Shown here one piece after another: positions 1-12,600 of a DNA stretch of 64,000 nucleotides; position 1 is the first letter of the stretch, and the number at the start of each line of letters is the position of its first letter. The DNA comes from Laetmonice hystrix (lineage: Eukaryota). Location: assembly GCA_965235115.1 (NCBI GenBank), contig OZ249444.1, forward strand, positions 6,076,001 to 6,140,000, given 5' to 3'. The notes under the pieces are model-generated. The model made no database searches, was not told where the DNA came from, and saw only the letters and a list, made by a program, of their open reading frames with translations. The position numbers were made by a program, and so were the translations under genes.

Positions 1-286
1 GTGGAGGCGGAGCAAGTCCGTGACCTTGAACTTATGGTGAGGCCTGAAACAAGTAAAAACGAGTCGTGGGAAAAAAGGACTGAGACACAGGCATTGTTTA
101 GGGGTGTATATGGGAAATATTGCACAAAATATAAATTTTGTATCGATTTAATTAGGGTAATAGACAGCAGTAAGCAAGGCACCACTATGGTAGGTAAATA
201 AAACGAGGAAGGAATAGGCGCGGGGAAACCGCTGTGGGCGCCCCCCCCCCCCCAACTCTCACACCCCCATCTGGGGTATCGGATCA

Positions 287-439
287 GGGGCCCGTCTCGC
301 TAAAGCCTGGTTAATAACCAGATCGTTAAGTTAACATAGGAGTGAATGGAAGGCTGCTGACCAAACCAGCAGCCTTCCATTCACTGCTATGTTAACTTAA
401 CGGTCTGGTTATTAACCAGCCTTTAGTGAGACGGGCCCC
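287..439. mobile_element. Palindromic (fold-back) MITE-like element, 73-bp arms with 7-nt loop
   Basis: The arm GGGGCCCGTCTCGCTAAAGCC...GGCTGCTG (287-359) is the reverse complement of 367-439 with about 4 mismatches; the loop is ACCAAAC. Confidence 0.8.
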
Positions 440-1102
440 GGGTCTGTATGGCCCGGGTCTGTATGGCCCGGCAGTGACGTAGAACTGTCGTCTGCGGGAC
501 AGTACACCACACAACGTACATCATAAATATGGGCCCACAGTTTCAATTGATTTTTCCTACCCCGATTCCGTTTGCGTTAGGGAAATAGCAAGATGGCATG
601 TTCTGCCGAGGAAAGAGGTTAATGAATGCCTGTTCGGCTGCGGCGTGAGGCCGGGGCCAAACTGGAAATCTGTGTTGTTATGTTGACTTGCCAAGTCGGT
701 AAAGGTACGAACGGTTGGGTGGTCAAAGTCGGAAAGTGTCGCTACTCTGGTTGCAGGAGCTTTGCCAAATCTGAAACGTGTGTAGCCTCTGATGAGTCTA
801 AATTTAGCACTGTAAGGGACTATCTCAGCTCAGGTCATGCGTACTCTTGGTTGCAGCCTGAAGAAAAGTTGGCGGGGATTAAGAATTTGTTGATATTCAG
901 AGGCCATAAAAAAGACATTTTGAAAGTTTCTGTTCAATTTCCCGTACTATCTTTGGTCTATTTCCTGTTATGTTTGCACAGCTTTTTTTGCCCTGGTTGA
1001 GTAAAGACTATCGGAGTATTTGGACAATAGTTTTACGTTACTCTGTTGTTTGTTATACTAGCCCTGGTTTATGTTGACCTTTCTCTTTCTTTGTTTCTGC
1101 AG

Positions 1103-1117
1103 ATAGACATAGGACAA
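1103..1117 (+). CDS. Candidate 15-nt microexon (phase 0 reads IDIGQ)
   Basis: Pyrimidine tract TTCTCTTTCTTTGTTTCTGCAG, then ATAGACATAGGACAA, then the consensus donor GTAAGT. Length is a multiple of 3. Confidence 0.45.
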
Positions 1118-1199
1118 GTAAGTAGGGCCGGGGACGCTGAGTATACTTGATGTTGTTTACTTGCTTGTTTGTTTATTTATTTATCTAGTAAAATAAACA

Positions 1200-3900
1200 T
1201 GAAAAAAGTGCGAAGGGACGTTTATTTAGTGTATACGATATATTTCGGTATTGGTGGTGTATTTTGATAATGGAAAGGAAACTTGTGAAAGTAAAATACT
1301 TGAGAAGGTCGATGGCAGGAATTAGTCGATGACCCCAGAGTAGTAATTGTTATGTAGTCCTGGTCAAGCCTTTTTAGGCATGATCGCCTGTGTAGGTTAG
1401 ATTTATTAAGCTATTATTACGGGAATTCTGATGTTGCAAATGCCAAAGATCAAGGGTAAAATTTTAGATGTTAAGATGGAAAAGTAAAGTTTGCTTAAGA
1501 ACTAGGTTGGCAAAGAAGACAGGTCATCAAGTCGTCTTGGTTGACAAATCTGGCCACTGCCAATTGTTAATTAAGTGAGGGTAGTTAAACTTCTCATACA
1601 AATCCTTGTTGTTTGAGGTTTCTTGAAGAGTTGTTTTGTAAGAGCTGTAGGTAGAAGCTCAGAGTTGATCCTGCCGTTAACACTGAGAAGCAATACCGTG
1701 AACAGAACGGGCGTCAGTCTATTGGTTTGGTCCCACTCGGTGCCTGACTCAGCACCCTCATTTCCGTATCCTACTTGCCATTCGCCCCACGTTTGTGATA
1801 CTTCACGTCAGAGATATCATAAAATGTCCCAGGCCTTAGGGTGGTGTAACCGCGCCATGCCCAGACCAAATGGCCATAGCAAGAGAACATAAATCTTATA
1901 CATCAAGCTAGTGTGTTTGCTACCACTATTGCCTAGTCTTGGGCGTGTGTTTAGCAAGGTTTTTATGACATGCTTCCATTTCCAAAAGTAGTACTAAACG
2001 TCATAGAAAGTGCTGGATTACTACGGCATATCTGCATCGGAAATCCATCGTTTGTTGGACCCTTTTGCTCTTTGACAGGATTGCGTACTAGTATAGCCAC
2101 CTAATACTCTCATCCACCCCACCCCTGTAAATTGATAGAATTGTTGCCCCTGGAGTATAGGCATGATTTAAATGTGGATAAATGGCGGCACTTCTAGTCT
2201 CTGTTCAGTAACAGCGCGGTGGATTTTATGGGGCTGCGCTGTGTTTGTCAATGGTGACCCAGATTTGTCAGTTGTGACGTCAAGAGTCGGTTATATTGGC
2301 GTTTTGCCACCAGGTGGCGCAGGAGTTCGTCCTGCAGGAGTTCGTCTGCAAGCTTCCCAGCTCAGTGGTCTTGACATCTGCTCTTCAAATTGACGATACA
2401 CAATGCCTGATGCGATTAGGAAAAGGATGGGGGGGGGGTATACGAAAGGAGCAGACTATGTAAAGTGAGCATGAACAATATTTGGCATCTAGTGTCTGGT
2501 TCTATGGCAAGGAGGGTGGTGTCAAATTCATGTTTTGGAAAGAAATATTCTATGGTTAATTCATAATCATGAGAGATGATGGATCGCCAACTTGACCTCC
2601 TATGTTGGGGTATACTACCATAAACCTAGGGAGAATTATAGGTTTATGCTACTACCCAACAATTAGCTGGGTAGTCGGGAGCATACACGTATCAACTGTT
2701 TCGTTGGGAGCAGTCGGCCGACGAAACAGTCGGCTCGTGTATGCCATAGCTGAGTACGTATCTATATCAATGTCAGGGTGAGTGGTGCCAGTCTGAAGGA
2801 AGGAGGGATTGGTGAACGAGTTGGGCGAGTCAGCTGTAGCAACCGCTTGGGGGCTTTGTGCTAGCACTGTACATGTCCCTGGAGGTGACCTTTGTTTCCC
2901 GAGGTAGCGTTAAGAAATTCATGAGAAGGGGACTAACCATGAGAGGGTGGATCGGTCGTGTGATTACCATCACTGTTGTGGTATAGAAAAATGAGCTTGT
3001 GTGTCAGTTTGTGGCTGAGTAACCCGGAGGTGAACTGCCCTGTCATGTTGAGATAGTTTATGACTTGAGTCTCAAGAGTAGTACTTGTCTTGTTAAGTAA
3101 CATCCCTAGGATAGGACGTGATATAGAGAAGATATAGGGATATAGCCAAAGATGCTATAACCTGTAAGAAATAAGAAAGGGAGCCGAGAACTATTAGAAC
3201 AATCAAATGAGTTTGAGAACAGGTTGTCCTTATAAGGACTTCTTATAAACTTCTTAAAAGGAGTTTTCTTTTTACTCAGCTTGCAGGAGTTTCAAACACA
3301 AAACCGAAGAGGAGGCTTCAGAAGAGCGTAATAGAGGCCATACATTTTTACAGTTTTCTCTGCATATTGATGACATATTGTTCAAGTCATGTTTGCATAG
3401 TGCTCTCTGTTGTGGAACCAGGGAATTAGCATTTAGATAGTAGTGCCTATCGGGCGTCTCTTGGCCGGGGCTAAAACGGGGAATGGGTAGCGAAATGTCG
3501 CTTATCAAAATCAAGTCATAGTATGGTGACTTTTAATCTGCTGGTATAAGTCATCAGTGTGGATAATGCTTCATGATGTACCAGAGTAAGGAAGGTTAGA
3601 GGTCTCCACAACACACAGTCGCACAGATCATAAGAAATATTTTAATAAGGAAATTCAGTAATGTAATCTTCAGATTAAGATGAATTTCCATAATAATGAG
3701 AATGTAATTTGAGGTTATTTGTACGCCATTATTTCTGTGTAAAGTCTTCAGTCTGAATGTAATGAAACTCCTGCGTAGATGATGGTCTTAGTGCAGCAAG
3801 GAAACTCTGAAATGGTGTTCATTTTGTGGTATAGTGTAACTGTAATCTTGTGTTTCATCCCTTGGGGTCGAAGTATACCGTAAATCTGGAATCTGTAACA
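1200..3900 (-). mobile_element. Degenerate L2/CR1-group LINE relic (APE endonuclease + RT remnants)
   Basis: Frameshifted minus-strand motifs in the expected order: LRPQG..IIYAGVSLH (cf. YRPP..IIAGDFNLH), HT-/DLILISD (cf. GHTLDLII), SGVID (cf. LGVIFD), HQYRNIS (cf. HLRNIS). Many stops. Confidence 0.5.
2307..2320 (+). promoter_or_regulatory. CTCF-binding motif
   Basis: CCACCAGGTGGCGC matches the CTCF core consensus exactly. Confidence 0.6.
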
Positions 3901-4519
3901 GTTATTAATTTTCTTGGAAGGTGTTGTACTCTTTTCTTTTATTTATTACAACGTTATATTTCCTGATGGCATGATTTGATACCTAGGTGTCTCTTTTCTT
4001 CATGGTGCAAATATTGTTGATTTTATTGTGTAAATCTGGGTTTTTCCGATGTTTTTTTTGATCCAGTGGATCAAATTTATTACTGTAGTGTGGACTGATT
4101 AGGTTAAATTACACTAAACCTTTCGATTCCAACTATTATTACTTGTACAGCAGTATTTCATTGTTTTTTAACGACTACCTTTTTCTGATGTTCCCGAAAA
4201 AGTTTTCATCCTCTGTCTTCTTTTTATATATATAAAAAAATTAAACTCTTAAAGGGATACAAACAGTAGGACTAAAATGAGATGTTATCCCCCCTTATAA
4301 TATTGTGTGGCTGGGCTTTGATTATAATGCGAAAGTTGAACTTCTCTTATGATAACAGAATCTCATATACGTCGTGGTTACTTACAGCGGGTTCAAAAAG
4401 GATTGTTTTCTTGCTGAAGAACTACAAAAAGTGTATATCTGTTTTTGCTGCTGCTGCGGCTACTGGACTGAATGTTTTTAATGATTTCCCAACCTCGGCG
4501 GTTTGTTTCTACCTCACAG

Positions 4520-4576
4520 TTTGCCATCGGAGCAGTACAAGGAGTTCAAGTGATGCAAGCTTTACAAAATGCACAG
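4520..4576 (+). CDS. Candidate 57-nt symmetric exon (phase 0 reads FAIGAVQGVQVMQALQNAQ)
   Basis: Acceptor GTTTGTTTCTACCTCACAG and donor CAG|GTAATA; open in phase 0 and phase 2. Confidence 0.45.
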
Positions 4577-6459
4577 GTAATATGTAATCCAACGTTTCAC
4601 GTGTCATACATTAGATGCATGTCTCACCGTCAAGGGGAAAAACTTCTTTTTTCTTTATGTAATAGTAACAAAAAGTCCGTTTATACATATATTACATATA
4701 TATTACATACCTCAAGGACGGATGTTGTCAAGATTACAGAGGAAGTGTCTACAATCGCCGTCTATTGTGTTGTACTTTTCTGTCGTCTTTGAAAGTCGTT
4801 GTCAGTATGATTGTGCATGTCCTAGCAAACAGTCGTCATGTTAGATATTAAGCTACATTGAATCAAGTCATAGATTAGTGATTCCGTCACTGACTAGATA
4901 GCATGCTACGGAAACAAAGCCAAGAGGGCTGTTTGTAGAGTTCAGTACTTGTAGACTGTTCATTTATATCCCTCAAAACTAAGGAATAGTTTGTAAAAGT
5001 GTTTAATCATATTACATTGCATTTAGGAAATTAGCCTCAGAATTTATGAGGGTATACACCCATTATTTAGTTATGTGACTCGAAAATTCAGCGCACGATT
5101 TAGGCCATAATTTCCATAATGCTTTTATGGAGGTCATGGTAACCTAGCGTCTATTGACGTCCGGATTCAGCCACAAGTTAAGTCTAATAGGTTACAGTAG
5201 GACATGTGTACATGTACTTCGTTAACTGCCGTTATGTTGGTGTAGCAGGTTGTCTGACTTGTACACGTTGTCCATGTTGTTCTCAGTTCAAGATGCTAGT
5301 TTTGTGGACTATTCTTGATTCAGTGGAAGTTGGTGTGTCTGTACTGTGTCAATATCATTCTTGGCAATTTCCATCTTCTTGTTGACCCTAGCGACTACAT
5401 CTTTGTTGGCCCCAAAGGACTGGAGTCGGCTAATCTGAGTTTCTCCACCGAAGCCATTGGCTAGTGGCCCCCAAAGCCATCAAGAAACGTTCCTTGATAC
5501 ATGTATAGATATCCGTGGAATTTTTTTTTTTTTAAAGAGGAAGCATGGAGGATAAAGCTTTGTGGGTCTATTTTAATCATATCTGCCGAGATCCTAATAT
5601 GAATAAATGAGGAGCGGCCTCAATTAGTTGACTCGACCTGTCCGCCAGGGATGTTGATAGAGGTAGGATCAGAGAGAGGTAAGTTAAGATACCGTCTGTA
5701 GGACCGACCGGCAGTCAGGGTTCATCAGCTGTGAGAGTAGGACAGGGCCAGGGGACCCAGGTATGGTCCGTCAGAAAGTACCTCTACTATCCTCATCCTG
5801 GCTGAGGGTCCCATGGAGGACGCCGCCTGGGGCCATGTCAGTTAGAATTATAGATCACCAAGGGCTTCTAAAACTCTGGTCTGATGGGCAAAGTGAGATA
5901 TTCTGTCCATCTCTTAATTATATAGTCGGGATGAAACCTAATTAGTCACTTAATATTAGAGTATAGCTAATGCAGCTGCGGAATGGTAAGCTTGATTGAT
6001 GGCCCAAACGTGTGTTTTTTTCGCAAATCCAAATGGGAGTGGATTTGGATGGTATTTGGAGGCCGCGTGATCTATCAGTGTTGATGTATCTATGAGGGCA
6101 GGCAGGTTTAATCTCTGGAGGCGAGGCTGGTCCCTTGCCAAATGATCTAGGCGTACAGGGTCTTCACCCATTGCCCTAAATGATAATCTTTGTCGAGCTA
6201 CTAACATCTCCCTAATGTATATGTTATAACCGCAAATTCCCAAACTTGTTTCCCCTTTTTTTCTATCGCATGAAAACCATGCTATAATATTAAACTATTT
6301 TTTTTTTCATTGTAGAAAAATGTTTAGAATTGGTCCAGGTCCCACGAGTGGTATTAAAAGACAAAATTAGAAATGAGTCGAATAGCAGTGAACGAAATGG
6401 TTGCCATGACATGGTTGAGAGAGCATGGAGCGCTGTCCAGGCATTCACCAGTGGGATGG

Positions 6460-6620
6460 ATCAGGTTCAGGGTACAGTTCTGTGATCATTTATTAGCCGA
6501 CCAGACTGGGAGTAACCATGGGTCTATCGGTCAGGTGGGACCACTAAGGCACCAACCAGCGGATGTATCCTCCCAACTTGAGCACGGGTGTATGTGGATG
6601 ACGTCATGGTGGGCGTTCGG
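6460..6620 (+). mobile_element. Possible Penelope-like reverse transcriptase fragment
   Basis: Frameshifted RFRVQF..QT/GVTMG followed by VYVDDV (cf. YFxFNG..Q..GVAMG..RYVDD). Truncated by the minisatellite at 6621. Confidence 0.3.
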
Positions 6621-7028
6621 TGTAAGCGGAATGGGAAGGGCCCTAGGATGCTAAACCCTGGGTTTATTGAATGTAAGCGGAATGGGAAGGGCCCTAGGAT
6701 GCTAAACCCTGGGTTTATTGAATGTAAACGGAATGGGAAGGGCCCTAGGATGCTAAACCCTGGGTTTATTGAATGTAAGCGGAATGGGAAGGGCCCTAGG
6801 ATGCTAAACCCTGGGTTTATTGAATGTAAACGGAATGGGAAGGGCCCTAGGATGCTAAACCTGGGTTTATTGAATGTAAACGGAATGGGAAGGGCCCTAG
6901 GATGCTAAACCCTGGGTTTATTGAATGTAAGCGGAATGGCAAGGGCCCTAGGATGCTAAACCCTGGGTTTATTGAATATAAGCGGAATGGGAAGGGCCCT
7001 AGTATGCTGAACCCTGGGTTTATTAAAT
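6621..7028. repeat. Minisatellite, 51-bp unit x8
   Basis: Unit TGTAAGCGGAATGGGAAGGGCCCTAGGATGCTAAACCCTGGGTTTATTGAA. Confidence 0.97.
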
Positions 7029-8864
7029 CTTGATTTAATTTGACGTATCGTTTTTCGGGTTTATTGGTTATTGGCATGGGATTGCACCAACGTATTCCTA
7101 CATCATGCTCGGGACTAGCTGGACTTGATACTGAATGGCCGATTGGTAACCAAAGTTGGCACTAAACTACCGGTATGACATTGGTTTCTCGTCTGGCACA
7201 ACATGGACATGAATTTGAGATTCTCAGGGCAATAAAGGACTATCTTTTCGTTCGCATGCAACTTCACGAAGTGCCATGCGGCCACACGTTTTCAGTCCAC
7301 GTCAATTTCTGCCTTGTTAAGACGTCGCTTTTTAACACATCAGACTGGTTCCGTTCGTCCCCAGAGTTGCCGCTTCGGGCCTATGTATTTTTGGACCTAA
7401 AAGTCGGCGACCCACAGGATTTTCTCCATAGAGAAATCGAAATTTGCCAGTTTTAACAATTGGGTAGGAGGTGTCCTGTGTCTAGGGAAATTCCTCCACC
7501 TTTTCTAGTTCTTGCGCTATCCTTGGTCCAATACTTCTCTATCGGCCTATTATTAGACGTCTGCCCACTTTGGACTTAAACTCCTCCCCTGGCCTGAAAA
7601 CCGCTCTAAGCCTTGACCATTGTCGAAGCTGCCAACCTCCCACAGTCCCTCCCACACAGCGGCCCCAGGTGGGGATTGGTGGAGGTCGGTGATGGAGGCC
7701 CGGGCTCCGGCTGGTGTCAGCTCTCCACCCGATGAGGCTCCGCCGTCAACACCGTAATGACCCCAGCTCAGCGAGACGACCCCCCCCCCCCCCCCACTCC
7801 GTCCTTCCCCGGTATGGACCCGTTCAGTATGGCCACTACATACAGTATGGCCACTGCCATAGAGAGCTAACAGTTGGTATGGTCTCTCGGTCACCAAAGC
7901 TCTCTGTCAGTTAATTTCAGCGGTGACGTGAGCAAGTTTACCTTGTCAGAGTCTTGTCTTGTTTTACTCTTGCCGGTCGGCCGTGCCGTTTACCAGCTGG
8001 TGTGTGTCTGCACCAGGCTGTCAGTCCGTCGGACACCTTGTTTGTCTGACCTGACGAGGTCAGGGTCATCAAGCTCCCCGCCTCGCAGGGTGACCTTTCA
8101 CGACACAGGTGTCAAATTTGATTCGTGTAGAATGAAATGTCAGCGACACGTCCTTAGTGTAGGGATCTCCTGTCTTAATTATAGGGGTTTCCTGTGTTAT
8201 AACGTACAGAACGGACGGATCAGTACTAGGGGGTCTGATGTAATCGCTAAAAATCAACATCTTCAACCTAATCTCAAAGTTGATTCAATACCAAAGCAAA
8301 GGGTAAACAAATGTGGCGCATGTTTGTTGGTATGCGCGCGTTTAGCGGTAGTGAGGTCGACTTCCAGGAACTGTCAGTCAGTGGAAGGACCAGTGAGACC
8401 ACGTCACTTCAGGAAAGTTGTTCAGGTTTTTTTTCTGTGCTGAAGAAAACACATGAGATGATCCCAGACGTGTGGCCAGTGGCATGGGTCAGTCAGTGTC
8501 GGACAAGTCCAACATGTCTGAAATGTATCATTTGTATGCATTGAAGTATTATGTCTTACAGAGCAGTGGAGCCATGGGTTACCGTTAGCTGGGATCTGAT
8601 ATTTGGATCGCATAGTATAGTGTGTGTATATCTCCTATTAATAAACCAATTATTTACAAACATAGATAAGGTAATTTTCGGTAATCAATACAATATTTTT
8701 TTATGGGGAAATGTGATCGAACTACATCGAGAAATCAGAAAAAAAAAGAGAAAGAATTTGATGCTGTCAGGGAAGCGTAAAGAATTGTATCGGCACGAGC
8801 GATGTGAGAGAGAGTCCAGTTTGTGACGGCCGTGACGGGAGAAGTATTTTGTGACAAATAGTCT

Positions 8865-9663
8865 GGTCTCTGGTAGCGACATCTTGTGACTGTGTAGTTG
8901 GAGATTGGTTTCTGGTGCTGTTCAGTTGGAGATTGGTTTCTGGTAGTGACATCTTGTGACTGTTCAGTTGGAGATTGGTTTCTGGTGCTGTTCAGTTGGA
9001 GATTGGTTTCTGGTAGTGACATCTTGTGACTGTTCAGTTGGAGATTTGTTTCTGGCAGTGACATCTTGTGACTGTTCAGTTGGAGATTGGTTTCTGGCAG
9101 TGACATCTTGTGACTGTTCAGTTGGAGATTGGTTTCTGGCAGTGACATCTTGTGACTGTTCAGTTGGAGATTGGTTTCTGGTGCTGTTCAGTTGGAGATT
9201 GGTTTCTGGTAGTGACATCTTGTGGCTGTTCAGTTGGAGATTGGTTTCTGGCAGTGACATCTTGTGACTGTTCAGTTGGAGATTGGTTTCTGGTAGTGAC
9301 ATCTTGTGACTGTTCAGTTGGAGATTGGTTTCTGGCAGTGGCATCTTGTGACTGTTTAGTTAGAGATTGGTTTCTGGCAGTGACATCTTGTGACTGTTTA
9401 GTTAGAGATTGGTTTCTGGCAGTGGCATCTTGTGACTGTTCAGTTGGAGGTTGGTTTCTGGCAGTGACATCTTGTGACTGTTCAGTTGGAGGTTGGTTTC
9501 TGGCAGTGACATCTTGTGACTGTTCAGTTGGAGATTGGTTTCTGGCAGTGACATCTTGTGACTGTTCAGTTAGAGATTGGTTTCTGGCAGTGACATCTTG
9601 TGACCGTTCAGTTAGAGATTGGTTTCTGGCAGTGACATCTTGTGACTGTTCAGTTGGAGATTG
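8865..9663. repeat. Minisatellite, 42-bp unit with interspersed 28-bp variants
   Basis: Unit GTGACATCTTGTGACTGTTCAGTTGGAGATTGGTTTCTGGCA, about 20 copies. Confidence 0.97.
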
Positions 9664-10944
9664 GGGGTTTACGTCTCACCAACAGCCAGGGACGAACATA
9701 TCGAGGACGACAATTTTGGTGGGTGCTGAAAACCGCAGTACGCGGCGAAAACAGCAACCCTGCTGCAAACTTTCTAACGTTCTCTTCGATTTACACGGGA
9801 CAAAAATGCGAAATTACGTAAGGATATGATGGAGCAATACGATAAGATCCCATTTAACATTTTTACTACAATGCCCTGAATGTCTCTTGTGTGTAAATTT
9901 CGTTATTAAGTTTTGCCTAGCAACAAAAGACGTCCAGCGTCTCTGTAAGCTGACACTACTGATGACAATTACAGCGCAAACATCCAGAGCCACCATTCAG
10001 AAAGTAATTCTTTTAGCGAAGTTACAGTATCGAATAGAGAAAAGTGCAAACTGGTTTAAAAATTAAGACGTAATTTGATGCTAATGCTTAACGAGTGATT
10101 CGATTGGAATGTAATTCAGATTGTAATGAGAAAGTACTTAGTTCGGTCCGTTTACCCGAAACCAGATCAACTCAGCAACATGTGTGTCTGTGTATTATTT
10201 TAAAGTATGTCTGTTCTTGCAGCCAGGACTGACAAATGTAGGTGGTTTTAGAAGCCTCGATGTGGATGATTTGTATGTAGGATTTTAGAATCAGTTGGTC
10301 TTCATATTTTGACAGGTTTGTGGAAGAGCAGCAGTGCTCAACATTCCATCTGAATTTATAGTTATACCTTCTTCTCAAAGCACGTGTTGTGGCAACAATT
10401 CAAGCAGAAAATCGACACATTGATTTTTTAAGGCTCCCTGTCTGCATGGCTTCCCCAGCTCTGGTTGCCTGGCCCGAGCAAACGTGAATGCTAACATGTG
10501 ATTGGATGAAAAAAGACGGGAACCTGCAGCTCGGGCCCTGCCAAGCCTGGTCCTAAATTGGAATCTGCATTGCATTTGTCGAATTGCCTGCAGGATCGTT
10601 GGCCGTCGACTGAGGAGATCCAATTAAAGAGACAGTACATATATCAGACGTGATTTCTGAGCAGCCTCGGAAAACACACCTCATACGTTACCATCAATTT
10701 GCAAACTTTGTGAGTCCTGATAGGTTGATAGCAAACAGAAGGCTCGAACCGTGGCTTTGGTTGTTGTAAGTCGGAAATAAAAGAATGGTCGATGACGGGC
10801 TCCAAGGTTAACCCTCCTTGGAACTCGCTATCGATTTTCTTTTGGCAAATTAGATTGTCAAGGCCTTGATCTGTCGGCGAGTCTTGATAGATGTAAACGG
10901 GACGTGTTAGAGTCATTAGATCCTCCTATTGTTGGGGACCAATA

Positions 10945-12288
10945 GACGCGGGCCCCACGGTCACCGTGTCCGTGTGGGTCTACTGGATGCGGGCCCCACG
11001 GTCACAGTGTCCGGGTGGGTCTACTGGATGCGGGCCCCACGGTCACCGTGTCCGGGTGGGTCTACTGGATGCGGGCCCCACGGTCACCGTGTCCGGGTGG
11101 GTCTACTGGACGCGGGCCCCACGGTCACCGTGTCCGGGTGGGTCTACTGGATGAGGGCCCCACGGTCACCGTGTCCGGGTGGGTCTACTGCACGCGGGCC
11201 CCACGGTCACAGTGTCCGGGTGGGTCTACTGGACGCGGGCCCCACAGTGAATGTGTCCGGGTGGGTCTACTGGACGCGGGCCCCACGGTCACCGTGTCCG
11301 GGTGGGTCTACTGGACGCGGGCCCCACGGTCACCGTGTCCGGGTGGGTCTACTGGACGCGGGCCCCACGGTCACAGTGTCCGGGTGGGTCTACTGGACGC
11401 GGGCCCCACGGTCACCGTGTCCGGGTGGGTCTACTTGACGCGGGCCCCACGGTCACAGTGTCCGTGTGGGTCTACTGAATGCGGGCCCCACGGTCACCGT
11501 GTCCGGGTGGGTCTACTTGACGCGGGCCCCACGGTCCCCGTGTCCGGGTGGGTCTACTTGACGCGGGCCCCACGGTCACAGTGTCCGTGTGGGTCTACTG
11601 GATGCGGGCCCCACGGTCACCGTGTCCGGGTGGGTCTACTGGATGCGGGCCCCACGGTCACCGTGTCCGGGTGGGTCTACGGGATGCGGGCCCCACGGTC
11701 ACCGTGTCCATGTGGGTCTACTGGACGCGGGCCCCACGGTCACAGTGTCCGGGTGGGTCTACTTGACGCGGGCCCCACGGTCACAGTGTCCGTGTGGGTC
11801 TACTGGATGCGGGCCCCACGGTCACCGTGTCCGGGTGGGTCTACTGGATGCGGGCCCCACGGTCACAGTGTCCGGGTGGGTCTACTGGATGCGGGCCCCA
11901 CGGTCACCGTGTCCGGGTGGGTCTACTGGACGCGGGCCTCACGGTCACCGTGTCCGTGTGGGTCTACTGGACGCGGGCCCCACGGTCACCGTGTCCGGGT
12001 GGGTCTACTGGATGAGGGCCCCACGGTCACCGTGTCCGGGTGGGTCTACTGGACGCGGGCCCCATGGTCACAGTGTCCGGGTGGGTCTACTGGACGCGGG
12101 CCCCACGGTCACCGTGTCCGGGTGGGTCTACTGGATGAGGGCCCCACGGTCACCGTGTCCGGGTGGGTCTACTGGACGCGGGCCCCATGGTCACAGTGTC
12201 CGGGTGGGTCTACTGGACGCGGGCCCCACGGTCACCGTGTCCGGGTGGGTCTACTGGATGAGGGCCCCACGGTCACCGTGTCCGGGTG
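10945..12288. repeat. GC-rich minisatellite, 41-bp unit (about 33 copies)
   Basis: Unit GCGGGCCCCACGGTCACCGTGTCCGGGTGGGTCTACTGGAC; accounts for the 41-aa-periodic ORFs. Confidence 0.97.
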
Positions 12289-12600
12289 GGCCCCAATGAA
12301 TGCGGGCGCGGTCACAGTGTCCGGCTGGGCCTCAGTGAATGCGGGCCCCGCGGTCACAGTGTCCAGCTGGGCCCCAGTGAATGCGGGCCCCGCGGTCACA
12401 GTGTCCAGCTGGGCCCCAGTGAATGCGGGACTCACGGTCACAGTGTCCGGCTGGGCCCCAGTGAATGCGGGACTCACGGTCACAGTGTCCGGCTGGGCCC
12501 CAGTGAATGCGGGCCCCGCGGTCACAGTGTCCAGCTGGGCCCCAGTGAATGCGGGACTCACGGTCACAGTGTCCGGCTGGGCCCCAGTGAATGCGGGCCT
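12289..12600. repeat. Related 42-bp minisatellite fused to the 41-bp array (about 7 copies)
   Basis: Unit GGCCCCAGTGAATGCGGGCCCCGCGGTCACAGTGTCCAGCTG; shares the GCGGGCCCCnCGGTCACnGTGTCC core with the preceding array. Confidence 0.95.

Noticed and set aside
626-644. ATG CCT GTT CGG CTG CGG C|GTGAGG (MPVRLR) as the Dlg start exon (cf. MPVRKQ, also 19 nt phase 1)
   Set aside because: Weak start and donor context, KQ not conserved, and no L27 exons (RALELLE.Y, LFQAL.DIQEFY) found between here and 42447. Likely coincidence, though cheap to test with RNA-seq.
7874-8443. 189-aa ORF in unique sequence
   Set aside because: No recognisable domain, a non-ATG start and no splice boundaries; compatible with chance.
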